64,000 nucleotides of DNA from Gemmatimonadota bacterium (GTDB lineage: Bacteria; Latescibacterota; UBA2968; UBA8231): NCBI GenBank assembly GCA_038153405.1, contig JAYOYH010000001.1, positions 64,156 through 128,155 of the forward strand. The letters are read 5' to 3'. The notes below the pieces were generated by a model. It had not been told where the DNA came from. It was given only the letters and a program-made list of their open reading frames with translations, and ran no database searches. A program made the translations under genes and the position numbers. Below, one piece after another: positions 41,569 to 51,212 of this stretch (its first letter is position 1; every line of letters begins with the position of its first letter).

Positions 41569-44247
41569 ATGAGCACAGAAACGCGCGGAGAAGAAGGCGA
41601 AGAGCGAGTACTACACGATCTCGAAGTGCTCGGAGAGTCCAAGCGCATCGAAGGGGTCGATGTGTTTGCCGATCTCGGCGCATTGGGGTCGGTAGATGAT
41701 CGGCTGCACATAACGGCCGATGGACTCGTCGCGCGCCTGTGGCGCATCGACGCCGGCTCGACGCGTGCCGATATCGATGCGCTGCTGCAGCACATGGGGG
41801 TATCCAACGGGATTGATGAGGAAGCACTTGACCGGGCCCTGATTAGTGCGCAGCGCGGTCAAGTGCAGATTGGTCTGGTCGTTGCGCGCGGAACACCGGC
41901 AGGTATTATCGCGCCGGCACGCGCAATTTACCATCCGGGCTTAGAAGGCGAAGAAGCGCACTTTGCCGAGTTTCTGCAGAGACTGCAAGGGCCGTCCCTG
42001 CACAGCGTGTTTGACGGAGATTTCGAGGCGGTTGTCGTAGCGCCCGAATTGATGCTGGCCGAGTGGCTGCAGGCGCGCTACAGGCCGGGACTCACCGTGC
42101 GCGGCCAGCCGTTCTATCCGCCGGTGTCGGGCGCTACGGCGTTTCAGCCGGGTAGTGGGGCACGCAAAAGCGAAGATGGTAAACAGTGCCTGAGCGCCCA
42201 CTACGGATATGCTGGATTGATCGATGGGCGCATTCACGTCGTTCCGCCGCTCTGGTTTTCACCGGACCGCTCAGAAGTACACTTAGTACACCTGCCGTCT
42301 AAGTTTTTAGAACCACCCCCGAGTCAACAGAATCTATTGGACGCCTTGCGCGCGGCGGGTATCGAGCGCGGAATTGACATGGCCGCAGTCGAGGAAGCCT
42401 GCCGGCGGATTGCCGATGGGGCGGAGCCCTTTTCCCTCTGTCTTGCGCGCTCGCTTCTGGCCGAACTGATGCTTGAGTCGGAGGTTCACTACACCTTCAA
42501 CCGCTTGTACCTGCTGAGTTGGAACCAGTGGTTGGGCCTGTTGAACAGCGAAAATTTGGCGCAAATACGCGAATCGCTCGACCTGCTGCTGCGCGATGAC
42601 GAACTTTGCTGTCCGCTCAAACGGCGCGGGGATGTGCTGGGAGAAAAGGTGGATAGGACGGATGCAGAGAGCGAATGGGGCGAAGTGGGCAAACACGTTG
42701 CGATTAGCGACGACGGCTTTTCTGCTACGGCCGATATGGCCGGTTACGTATGCCTGCGCGGGGTTCGCATTGAAGTGATACCTCCCGTCTGGGTAGCCCC
42801 CGATGCCAGTGCGGCCTACTTCATCAACTTGCCCCAGGGCGACGAGCCCTATTACCCTCAGGCCGAGGAGATCAAAGAGGTCCTCGACCTAGTCGGCGTG
42901 AAGTATGGATTTCGCGATAGCGATTGGTTCGCTGCACGGGATGCACTGGCCATTGGCCAAGATTTGCCACCGCTCATTCCAATCGCATTAGCCAGTTCGC
43001 CTTCGGAGAGCCGCGATGCCGCCTTTGAATGGGCCATTGATATCGAGGGCGATCGCGTCGGTAAAATTCTCGAAGATGGGTCGATTGATTTTCGCCAGCG
43101 CAGCCGTGCCCCGGCCGTTTCCGAGGGCGATCTCATCGGCACATTTACCCCGCCGAGTGCTGGGGCACCGGGGCGCGATGTATTGGGGCGCGATATTCCC
43201 GCAATGCGGCCTCAGCGAGTCGATGTGATTGCCGGCGCGCATGTCCGAGAAGAAGTCCAGGGCGACATCGTGCGTTATTATGCGGAGCAGGGGGGTGAGG
43301 TCATTAGCGATAACCAAATGCAGGTTTCGCGCAATCGCACCCTGCGCCGCCTGCGTCTGAGTGTTTCACAGGTGGTAAACGTCGACGGCGATGTCGATTA
43401 TTCTACCGGCAATATCGACTTCAGCGGCGATGTTGTCATCCGCGGTTCGGTGCAGTCGCTCTTTTCCGTGCGCGCAGAGGGCTCGGTCCACATCAGTGGC
43501 TACATTGAAGACGGTGCTGTAGTCTCGGCAGGAAAGGACATTATGGTTGGCGGCGGCGTTCTCGGCGCGGCGACACAGGTCGAAGCCGGTGGCTCGCTAT
43601 GGGTCAAATTTGCGCAGGAGGCCAATATTCGCGCAGGAGGAGACGTGCGCGTAGGATCCTATATTTTCAACGCGTCGGTGCGCGCTAGCGGCAGAGTAAT
43701 CGTGCTGGGACGCGGAGAGGGCAAGGCGCGCGCCCTCGTTGGTGGACTCGTGTGGGGTGGTCAGGGCATCGAGACGCTATCGGTGGGCTCGCCCTATAAC
43801 TCGGTTACGCGGTTGGTCAGCGGCGTCGATTTTCTCCAGGTAGAGCGCATGGAATCGCTGCGCAGCGCACTCTATACCTGCGAGGAGCGCATGCAGCAGC
43901 ACATGAAGAAACTCGATATCACAACACTTGATATCGAGCTAATTCGCGCGCGATTACAGCGTCGAACTTCTCCGAAGAATCGCCGGTTGATCCTCGCTTC
44001 CGTCAAGCGTTTGGCGCGGTTGAACGAGCGTCGGGAAGCGCTGCAGGAGGAGATGGATGCGATCGTTAAGGAACAACGCCAACTAGCGCGCCTGGCCCGC
44101 ATCGTCGTGCGCGGCACGCTGTTTTCCGGCGTAGAGGTACGACTGGGAGAGACCGTAACTACCTTTGGCGATGAGCGCACGCGCCTGCAGATGCGCCTCG
44201 TCGAAAAGGAGGGTACTATGCAAATCGTGGAGAGGCCGGTGTCCTGA
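41569..44247 (+). CDS. FapA (DUF342) family protein with an expanded, repeated N-terminal region
   Basis: DGSIDFR, PG.DVLG, VDGDVDYSTGNIDFSGDVVIRG, beta-helix, coiled coil and C-terminal strands. Confidence 0.85.
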   Translation: MSTETRGEEGEERVLHDLEVLGESKRIEGVDVFADLGALGSVDDRLHITADGLVARLWRIDAGSTRADIDALLQHMGVSNGIDEEALDRALISAQRGQVQIGLVVARGTPAGIIAPARAIYHPGLEGEEAHFAEFLQRLQGPSLHSVFDGDFEAVVVAPELMLAEWLQARYRPGLTVRGQPFYPPVSGATAFQPGSGARKSEDGKQCLSAHYGYAGLIDGRIHVVPPLWFSPDRSEVHLVHLPSKFLEPPPSQQNLLDALRAAGIERGIDMAAVEEACRRIADGAEPFSLCLARSLLAELMLESEVHYTFNRLYLLSWNQWLGLLNSENLAQIRESLDLLLRDDELCCPLKRRGDVLGEKVDRTDAESEWGEVGKHVAISDDGFSATADMAGYVCLRGVRIEVIPPVWVAPDASAAYFINLPQGDEPYYPQAEEIKEVLDLVGVKYGFRDSDWFAARDALAIGQDLPPLIPIALASSPSESRDAAFEWAIDIEGDRVGKILEDGSIDFRQRSRAPAVSEGDLIGTFTPPSAGAPGRDVLGRDIPAMRPQRVDVIAGAHVREEVQGDIVRYYAEQGGEVISDNQMQVSRNRTLRRLRLSVSQVVNVDGDVDYSTGNIDFSGDVVIRGSVQSLFSVRAEGSVHISGYIEDGAVVSAGKDIMVGGGVLGAATQVEAGGSLWVKFAQEANIRAGGDVRVGSYIFNASVRASGRVIVLGRGEGKARALVGGLVWGGQGIETLSVGSPYNSVTRLVSGVDFLQVERMESLRSALYTCEERMQQHMKKLDITTLDIELIRARLQRRTSPKNRRLILASVKRLARLNERREALQEEMDAIVKEQRQLARLARIVVRGTLFSGVEVRLGETVTTFGDERTRLQMRLVEKEGTMQIVERPVS

Positions 44248-44333
44248 GCACAGCGGGGCGATTGACCGGCGCTTGCTACTTGCATAGCGTATAGATCCAG
44301 ACGGCAGAAAACACATTGTAGAAAGGTGGACGG

Positions 44334-45347
44334 ATGGCAACTTCAACGAACATTCGATGCGGCGTCGTAGGCTACGGCGGCGCGTTCAATATGGGACAGA
44401 CGCACCTCAATTCGATGGCGCGCAATCGCCGTATGGAAGTAGCGGCCGTATGCGAGTTGGACCCAGATCGGCGCAAGGTCGCCGAGAGCGATTTTCCCGG
44501 CATTGAAACGTATGCCAAGGTTGGTGATTTATTAAAAAACGCCGCTTTGGATTTGGTCACCATCATCACGCCGCACAATACGCACGCACCGCTGGCCATA
44601 GAATGCTTGAACGCCGGCGTCAACGTGGTATGCGAAAAGCCGCTGGCCATAACGAGTCGAGAAGTCAAGGATATGATCGCTGCGGCCAAGCGCAACAAGG
44701 TCATGCTGTCGACCTTTCACAACCGGCGCTGGGACGGCGACTTCCAAACGCTGCGCGATCTGATCTGCAAAGAGAAGGCGATCGGTCGCGTGCACCGCGT
44801 AGAAGCTGGTTTTTACGGCTACGGTCCCCAGGGCACCTGGTGGCGTTCGGACCGGAAGATCTCGGGCGGCGCCATCTACGATTGGGGGGCGCACTTCACC
44901 GATTGGATTCTCAATATTATGCCCGAAAAGATCGACTGGGTCAGCGGCTATCAAGTCAAGCATCGCGACTGGAAAGGCTACAGCAACGAGGATCATTCCG
45001 AATACAGTCTGCGCTTTGCCAGCGGAGCCTTGGCGACGCTGACCATATCCAACCTATCGATGAGCGGTCGTCCGCGCTGGCGCGTGCTGGGCGAGCGCGG
45101 TTCCATCGAAGATATCGGCGGCAAATTCCAGCTGAAGACCGCCATTAACGGTAGGCAAATGAGCGCGGAGGTGCCCTTTGCCCAGTCGAATTGGCACGCC
45201 TATTACGAGAATGTCTACAAGCATCTGCTGGGCAGGGCCAAGCTGATTATTACGCCCGATTCGGCGGCGCGCGTGATCGGCGTGCTGGAGGCGGCCAACC
45301 AATCGGCGGCGCGCAATTCAGCTCCCGTAAAGCCCGCCTTTGTTTAA
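44334..45347 (+). CDS. Gfo/Idh/MocA family oxidoreductase
   Basis: GYGG, VCEKP, FHNRRWDGDF and SGGAIYDWGAHFTD. Confidence 0.9.
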   Translation: MATSTNIRCGVVGYGGAFNMGQTHLNSMARNRRMEVAAVCELDPDRRKVAESDFPGIETYAKVGDLLKNAALDLVTIITPHNTHAPLAIECLNAGVNVVCEKPLAITSREVKDMIAAAKRNKVMLSTFHNRRWDGDFQTLRDLICKEKAIGRVHRVEAGFYGYGPQGTWWRSDRKISGGAIYDWGAHFTDWILNIMPEKIDWVSGYQVKHRDWKGYSNEDHSEYSLRFASGALATLTISNLSMSGRPRWRVLGERGSIEDIGGKFQLKTAINGRQMSAEVPFAQSNWHAYYENVYKHLLGRAKLIITPDSAARVIGVLEAANQSAARNSAPVKPAFV

Positions 45348-45350
45348 TCC

Positions 45351-45674
45351 GTGCATTCACTCGATGCACAACAGGGCGCCGCGCTGTCGTCGCTGCTGGC
45401 CGTCGGCTGTCGCTCGGGCGATACAGTCGTGGGTCTGTCCAGCGTGCGACGCAGCGCGCGCCTGGCCTACGTATTTGCCGACAGTCAACTGGCTGAGCGC
45501 ACGCTGAGGGAATTGGCCGAGTGGGAGGAAACGGGCACGCGCGTCTTTGTTCTCGACGACTTTGCGTCGCTGACGCAGACCTTCGGGCGCAGTGATGCGC
45601 GCGTGGTCGGCGTGGCCATCGGCTCGTTGGCCAACGGCATCGCTGGTCGTTTGGAGCTTATGCCAGGCGTTTAG
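45351..45674 (+). CDS. Small protein with a probable L7Ae/L30e/YlxQ-like fold
   Basis: LL....RSG..VVG...V.......VF.D..L...T...L and L...FGR....VVGV....LA pattern. Confidence 0.5.
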   Translation: MHSLDAQQGAALSSLLAVGCRSGDTVVGLSSVRRSARLAYVFADSQLAERTLRELAEWEETGTRVFVLDDFASLTQTFGRSDARVVGVAIGSLANGIAGRLELMPGV

Positions 45675-45713
45675 CGCGTCCCCATTTACTATTTTTTCGA
45701 GGAGATTGGTCTG

Positions 45714-46460
45714 GTGATTTTAGCGGAAATGACTTCGCCCGAAATCGACGCCCTATCGCGCGATATCGTCGTGCTTATGCCGGTTGCCTCATGCGAGCAG
45801 CACAGCCTGCACCTGCCCGTTTTTACCGATTCCATGATTGGCGGCGAGGTGGCGCGCCGAGTGCACCTGTTGGTGCCCGACGACGTGCTGGTTTTACCGG
45901 TGCAGTGGCTGGGCTATTCTCAACACCACATCCGCTACCCGGGGACGATCAGCGCTATTTCCGAGACCCACTTGCTATTGATGATGGATATTGTCGCTTC
46001 GGTCGTTGGATACGGGTTTAAAAAAATCCTCATACAGAATAGCCACGGAGGCAACGGTGCCAATATTTCCGTATTGCTGCAGCGCCTGATGGAGCGCTAC
46101 GGCGATGTCGGCATCGAGTTTTACAGCCGCTGGGCCTGGGCCGGCAACGACGCGCTCAATGCGATACGCGAACTGGGCAACGCCGGTTCGGGACATGCCG
46201 GCGAGACGGAGACCTCAATGGTGCTGGCTATGCGTCCGGATCTAGTGCGTAGCGATCGGTTGGATGCCGACGGCGAGCGTCCCGGCATGCGCGTGAGCGG
46301 CGTGGCATCGTATCACCGCTTTGATCAGCGCACGCAGCACGGCGGCGTCGGTGACCCGCGACCGGCCACGGCAGAAAAGGGTGAGCGGCTTTTGCAGGCT
46401 TCGGCAGAAGAGGTCGCTTCCCACGTGCGCGAAATTCGAGCGCTGCGGCCGTTTGGTTAG
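45714..46460 (+). CDS. Creatininase family amidohydrolase
   Basis: EQHSLHLP..TD, GYSQHH, NSHGGN, HAGETETS and GGVGDP. Confidence 0.9.
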   Translation: MILAEMTSPEIDALSRDIVVLMPVASCEQHSLHLPVFTDSMIGGEVARRVHLLVPDDVLVLPVQWLGYSQHHIRYPGTISAISETHLLLMMDIVASVVGYGFKKILIQNSHGGNGANISVLLQRLMERYGDVGIEFYSRWAWAGNDALNAIRELGNAGSGHAGETETSMVLAMRPDLVRSDRLDADGERPGMRVSGVASYHRFDQRTQHGGVGDPRPATAEKGERLLQASAEEVASHVREIRALRPFG

Positions 46461-46472
46461 CGCGGCGCCTGT

Positions 46473-46501
46473 TTGACAGCAGAACGGAGGCCCCCTACTT
46501 T
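46473..46501 (+). promoter_or_regulatory. Sigma70-type promoter for the ABC operon
   Basis: TTGACA-N17-TACTTT. Confidence 0.7.
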
Positions 46502-46651
46502 GCGACTGCCTTTCCACGGGCCGTGGAAAGTGCGGTTATCGGACTCCTTGCGATCTCTCACCTTTTGACTGGGCTACCGAGAGCGCCACGTCTCGGCCCC
46601 TTCCCTGCACGCCGCCTTGGCATCGCTGATGCGCGGCCTTTTTGATGAGCC

Positions 46652-48904
46652 ATGGCAGATAGCAGCGGCGACTTTCGTCTGCTCGAACCAATTGACCACA
46701 GCGTAGAACAGCGTATCGGCGCGGTCATACCGGTGGATGAAGATGTGCTTATCCGCGTCTTCTCTGACCTGACGGCCGACGGCGTTTATGGCCCACAGTG
46801 GGTTTTCGTCACGGCAAAGCGCGTGGTTGTCGCCGCGGAAAAAAGCGATCGCGCTCCGTTTGACGTACCTATCGAAGGCATCCGTCTTGCCCGCACAGAA
46901 CCGCTGGTCGGCGGCGGCCGTCTGGAAATTGAGTGCCGCGATAGCGCGGACCTGCACATTCCCTACTCCAATTCTCTAGCTGGAAAGTTTTCCGAAGTAG
47001 CGCGCGGTATAGAACAGCTGCGCAAGGGCGAGTCGTTCTATATCAATCCCCGCTTGGACCGCACGCGCTGCGAGAAGTGTCAGCGCCTGCTGCCGGAGAA
47101 AAACGGCATTTGTCCAGCCTGCGTGCGTCGCCTCGAAACGCTGGGTCGCATCGTTTCTTTCCTTACCCCCTACAAGCGTCGCGCCGCAGTGCTGGCGGCG
47201 GCCTCCGTTGCCACGACCGCAGCCGAGCTGCTGCCGCCGCTGGTGCAGCGCGAACTGGTCGATGGCGTACTCGTGCTACCCGAGGACCACGGGGTGCTGC
47301 TCGAAGATCGCTTTGCCATGCTCGGTTGGCTGGTGTTGGCCATGGTTGTCGTGCGCGCTCTGAGCTGGCTTTCCAGTATGCTGCACCACTGGGTCGTATC
47401 CTGGCTTAGTGCGCGCGTGACGGCCGATATTCGCGCCGAGCTCTATCGTCGCTTGGAAATGCTCTCGCTGCAGTTTTACGACAAGCGCCAGGTCGGCGGT
47501 CTCATTTCGCGCGTAACGCGCGATTCGAGCATGCTGCAGCAGTTCTTAGTCGACGGACTGCCGTATATGATCATCAATTTCCTGACGATCATCGGCATTA
47601 TCGGCTTTCTATTTAGCATGAGCGTCAAAATTACGCTGCTCATTCTGCTGCCAGTCCCCTTTATCGCAATCTGGAGCTTTCTGTTCTGGCGCTATATGCG
47701 CAATATCTTCAATAAATACGGCCAGAGCTGGTCGCAGCTGGGATCGCGACTGAACGAAGCGCTGCACGGCATTCGCGTGGTGAAGGCCTTTGCTCAGGAA
47801 GAGCGTGAGATCGCCGCGTTTGACAAGCGCAACGACGAATTGGGCGATATAAGTCGTCGTTCGGGGCGCATGTGGCTCATCATGTGGTCAACCATGGAGT
47901 TGGTGACCGGCGCGGGCATTCTGATCGTGTGGTACTTTGGCGGTGGCGAAGTGCTGGGGGAGCGCCTTAGCATCGGCACGCTGCTGGCCATCTACTCTTA
48001 TATGTGGATGGTCTACGGACCGCTGGAGTGGATGGCGCAGGTCAATTCGTGGATGACGCGCGCCTTTGCTGGTGCTGAGCGCATCTTTGAAGTGATTGAC
48101 GCACCGCCCGAATCGTACGAGGATCCCGATGCGCTGGCTATGCCGTCCTGTGTTGGCCGCGTGCACTTTGACGGCGTGACCTTTGGCTACGACAAGAGCA
48201 AGCCCGTGCTGCACGATATCCAGCTCGACGTCGAGCCGGGCGAAATGATCGGTCTGGTCGGGCGCTCTGGCGTCGGCAAGACGACGACGGTCAATCTGGT
48301 CGCGCGCTTTTACGATGTGGACCGAGGGACGCTGAGTATTGACGGCGTCGATATTCGCCGCATCCGCCTGTCCGATTTGCGCCGGCAAATTGGCATCGTG
48401 CCGCAGGACCCCGTGCTGTTCTCCGGCACGATTGCCGAGAATATCAGCTACGGCCGCCCCGGCGCAAGCCTGTCCGAGGTGATGGAAGCGGCGCGGGCGG
48501 CCAATGCACACGGCTTTATCACCGCCAAAGCGGATGGCTACGACACGGCGGTAGGGGAGCGCGGCGCAGGCCTTTCCGGCGGCGAACGCCAGCGCATTGC
48601 CATTGCGCGCGCCATCCTCCACGATCCGAAAATCTTAATTCTCGACGAGGCAACTTCTTCGGTGGACGTGCAGACGGAAAAACAGATACAAGAGTCGATT
48701 GCCCACTTGGTAAAAGGCCGCACGACCTTTGCCATTGCCCACCGCCTTTCCACGCTGCGCAACGCCGATCGCCTAGTGGTCCTAGAGGCGGGGCGGGTCG
48801 TGGAAATGGGCACGCACGAGGAACTCGTGGCGCGCGGAGGACACTTTGCCGAGCTGGTCGAACTCCAACGCGCCGTTGCGGAAATCATCGCGGTTAAGGA
48901 TTGA
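46652..48904 (+). CDS. ABC exporter (TMD+NBD) with N-terminal extension and Cys4 zinc ribbon
   Basis: CEKC..CPAC; TM helices; GRSGVGKT, LSGGERQR, ILDEATS and IAHRLST. Confidence 0.9.
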   Translation: MADSSGDFRLLEPIDHSVEQRIGAVIPVDEDVLIRVFSDLTADGVYGPQWVFVTAKRVVVAAEKSDRAPFDVPIEGIRLARTEPLVGGGRLEIECRDSADLHIPYSNSLAGKFSEVARGIEQLRKGESFYINPRLDRTRCEKCQRLLPEKNGICPACVRRLETLGRIVSFLTPYKRRAAVLAAASVATTAAELLPPLVQRELVDGVLVLPEDHGVLLEDRFAMLGWLVLAMVVVRALSWLSSMLHHWVVSWLSARVTADIRAELYRRLEMLSLQFYDKRQVGGLISRVTRDSSMLQQFLVDGLPYMIINFLTIIGIIGFLFSMSVKITLLILLPVPFIAIWSFLFWRYMRNIFNKYGQSWSQLGSRLNEALHGIRVVKAFAQEEREIAAFDKRNDELGDISRRSGRMWLIMWSTMELVTGAGILIVWYFGGGEVLGERLSIGTLLAIYSYMWMVYGPLEWMAQVNSWMTRAFAGAERIFEVIDAPPESYEDPDALAMPSCVGRVHFDGVTFGYDKSKPVLHDIQLDVEPGEMIGLVGRSGVGKTTTVNLVARFYDVDRGTLSIDGVDIRRIRLSDLRRQIGIVPQDPVLFSGTIAENISYGRPGASLSEVMEAARAANAHGFITAKADGYDTAVGERGAGLSGGERQRIAIARAILHDPKILILDEATSSVDVQTEKQIQESIAHLVKGRTTFAIAHRLSTLRNADRLVVLEAGRVVEMGTHEELVARGGHFAELVELQRAVAEIIAVKD

Positions 48905-48905
48905 A

Positions 48906-51164
48906 ATGGAAGCAGTAGAGGCTGGGCCTCTTAACGCCGTGCTGCCTGGACCGGAGGCGCGCCAAGTCGAACAGCTACTGGCTGAGGGAGAGCGCGTGCG
49001 GGCGTGCGTGCGCGCCGATATGGCGGATGCGTTTTGTTATGGGACGCGCTGGGTAGTGCTCGGTGATAAACACCTGCTGCTGAGCGGGGGCGATGGCGAC
49101 TGGTTGCAGCTGGCGTTGTCCGATATCGAGGCGGCACAGACGCTCGAACTGGTCGGCGGAGGCCTGTTGGAAATCGCGCGCAAGGAGGGCGCACCGGAGC
49201 TAGTCCATTATTCTTCTTCGCTGCACGCGCTCTTTGTCGAAGTGGCCGTGGTGCTCAATCAGCTGGTACGAGGTGAGGCGCTGGCCTTGCCCACGCAGGT
49301 TGAGCGCAGCCGCTGTGCGGCCTGTAATCGCCTATTAGTTGAGAAGGATGGTATCTGCCCATTTTGTATTTCGCGCTGGGATACACTGGGCCGCATTGCC
49401 TACTTTCTGCGGCCCTATACTGGGCGCGTCGTGGCGCTGATGGTCGGTTCGATAGCCATGACTGCGCTGGGGTTGCTCCCGCCCTATGTGGTGCGCCATA
49501 TCATTGACGACGTGCTCAATCCCGGCGTGCGCGGCGAGATTTCGGCTGAGGAGGGCATGGCGCTGCTGGGTTGGCTGGTGCTGGGTTTGCTAGGGGCTCA
49601 GCTGCTGACGTGGGGGACCAATCTAGCGACGGGCTTTATGCGCGCCGATATCTCTGCTTGGTCGAGCCGCGACGTGCGCGAAAAACTCTATCACAGCCTG
49701 CAGTTCCTACCGCTGCGCTTCTACGAGAAACGCCAAGTCGGCAATCTGATTTCGCGCTTTATGAACGATGCCGATCGCCTAGAAATGTTTCTGCTCTTCT
49801 TCGTGCCCTTTCTCGTCTCCAACGTGATGATGCTGGTCGGCATCCTAGGCTTGCTGTTTTGGATGAACTGGGAGCTAACGCTCTACGTGCTGCTGCCGGT
49901 GCCTTTTATATGGGTGGCAAGCGTAAAAAAATTCGGTCAGCTGCGGCGCTACTGGAGCACTTGGTCGACCAAGTGGTCTAGGCTTTCATCGCATATCAAC
50001 GAATCCATTTCGGGTATCCGCATCGTCAAGTCCTTTGCACAGGAGCGGCGGGAAGAGGAGCGCTTTGCCTCGCGCAACGAGGCGCTGTGGGAAGCCAGCG
50101 TAACGGCCGAGCGCGTATGGGTCGTTTTTTCGGCCATCGTCAATTTCGTCATGAGCTTTGGCATTTTCCTCGTCTGGTATTTTGGCGGCCGCCAGATTCT
50201 CAACGAGGAACTGACGCTGGGTGTGCTGATGGCTTTTATCAGCTATATATGGCAGCTGTATCGGCCGCTGCAGTTTTTCAGCGCTGCCAATAATGCGATT
50301 ACGCGGTCGCTGGCCGGTGCCGAGCGTATTTTTGAAGTGATCGACGCGACGCCAGAATCCTTTGATAAGAAGGATGCTCAGCCGCTGCCCGACCTGAAAG
50401 GGCGCGTCGATTTTCGCGATGTATTCTTTGGCTACGATCCGGGCAAGCCGGTGCTCAAAGGGGTCGACCTGCAGGTACAGCCGGGCGAGATGATCGGCTT
50501 GGTGGGGCGATCGGGCGTGGGCAAGAGCACGCTGATAAATCTCATATGCCGATTTTACGACGTGGATCGCGGCCTAGTAGAAATTGACGGCGTCGATATC
50601 CGCGCCATTCGCCTGTCTGACGTGCGCCGGCAAATTGGCATGGTCGCCCAGGAATCGTTTCTCTTTAACGGCACCATCTTTGAAAACATAGCCTATGCCC
50701 GCCCTGAGGCCACCTTCAAAGAGGTGATGCGCGCTGCGCGCGCGGCCAATGCGCACGAGTTTATCATCAAAAAGCCCGATGGCTACGATACCAAAGTCGG
50801 CGAGCGCGGGAATGCGCTGTCTGGCGGCGAGAAACAGCGCATATCGATTGCTCGGGCCATCCTGCACGATCCCAAGATACTGATTCTCGACGAGGCGACT
50901 TCGGCCGTAGATACGCCGACGGAAAAAAAGGTCCAAGAGGCTATTGCCAATTTGGTGCGTGGCCGCACTACCTTTGCCATTGCCCATCGCTTGTCGACGC
51001 TGCGCAACGCCGACCGACTCGTCGTGCTAGACGACGGCAAGGTCGCTGAAATCGGCACCCACGAGGAGCTGATGGCGCGCGAGGGCATTTTTCACACTCT
51101 CGTTACAACGCAGCAGCAGACGACGGCGGTCATGGCCGTTGGCGGCAAGGGAAAGGACGACTGA
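48906..51164 (+). CDS. Second ABC exporter (TMD+NBD) with N-terminal extension and Cys4 zinc ribbon
   Basis: CAAC..CPFC; GRSGVGKS, LSGGEKQR and ILDEATS; paralog of the upstream gene, 1 nt gap. Confidence 0.9.
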   Translation: MEAVEAGPLNAVLPGPEARQVEQLLAEGERVRACVRADMADAFCYGTRWVVLGDKHLLLSGGDGDWLQLALSDIEAAQTLELVGGGLLEIARKEGAPELVHYSSSLHALFVEVAVVLNQLVRGEALALPTQVERSRCAACNRLLVEKDGICPFCISRWDTLGRIAYFLRPYTGRVVALMVGSIAMTALGLLPPYVVRHIIDDVLNPGVRGEISAEEGMALLGWLVLGLLGAQLLTWGTNLATGFMRADISAWSSRDVREKLYHSLQFLPLRFYEKRQVGNLISRFMNDADRLEMFLLFFVPFLVSNVMMLVGILGLLFWMNWELTLYVLLPVPFIWVASVKKFGQLRRYWSTWSTKWSRLSSHINESISGIRIVKSFAQERREEERFASRNEALWEASVTAERVWVVFSAIVNFVMSFGIFLVWYFGGRQILNEELTLGVLMAFISYIWQLYRPLQFFSAANNAITRSLAGAERIFEVIDATPESFDKKDAQPLPDLKGRVDFRDVFFGYDPGKPVLKGVDLQVQPGEMIGLVGRSGVGKSTLINLICRFYDVDRGLVEIDGVDIRAIRLSDVRRQIGMVAQESFLFNGTIFENIAYARPEATFKEVMRAARAANAHEFIIKKPDGYDTKVGERGNALSGGEKQRISIARAILHDPKILILDEATSAVDTPTEKKVQEAIANLVRGRTTFAIAHRLSTLRNADRLVVLDDGKVAEIGTHEELMAREGIFHTLVTTQQQTTAVMAVGGKGKDD

Positions 51165-51212
51165 ATTGTCGCACGGCCTGGATGAGTATTTCGATCGTCG
51201 GAAGGAAAATGG

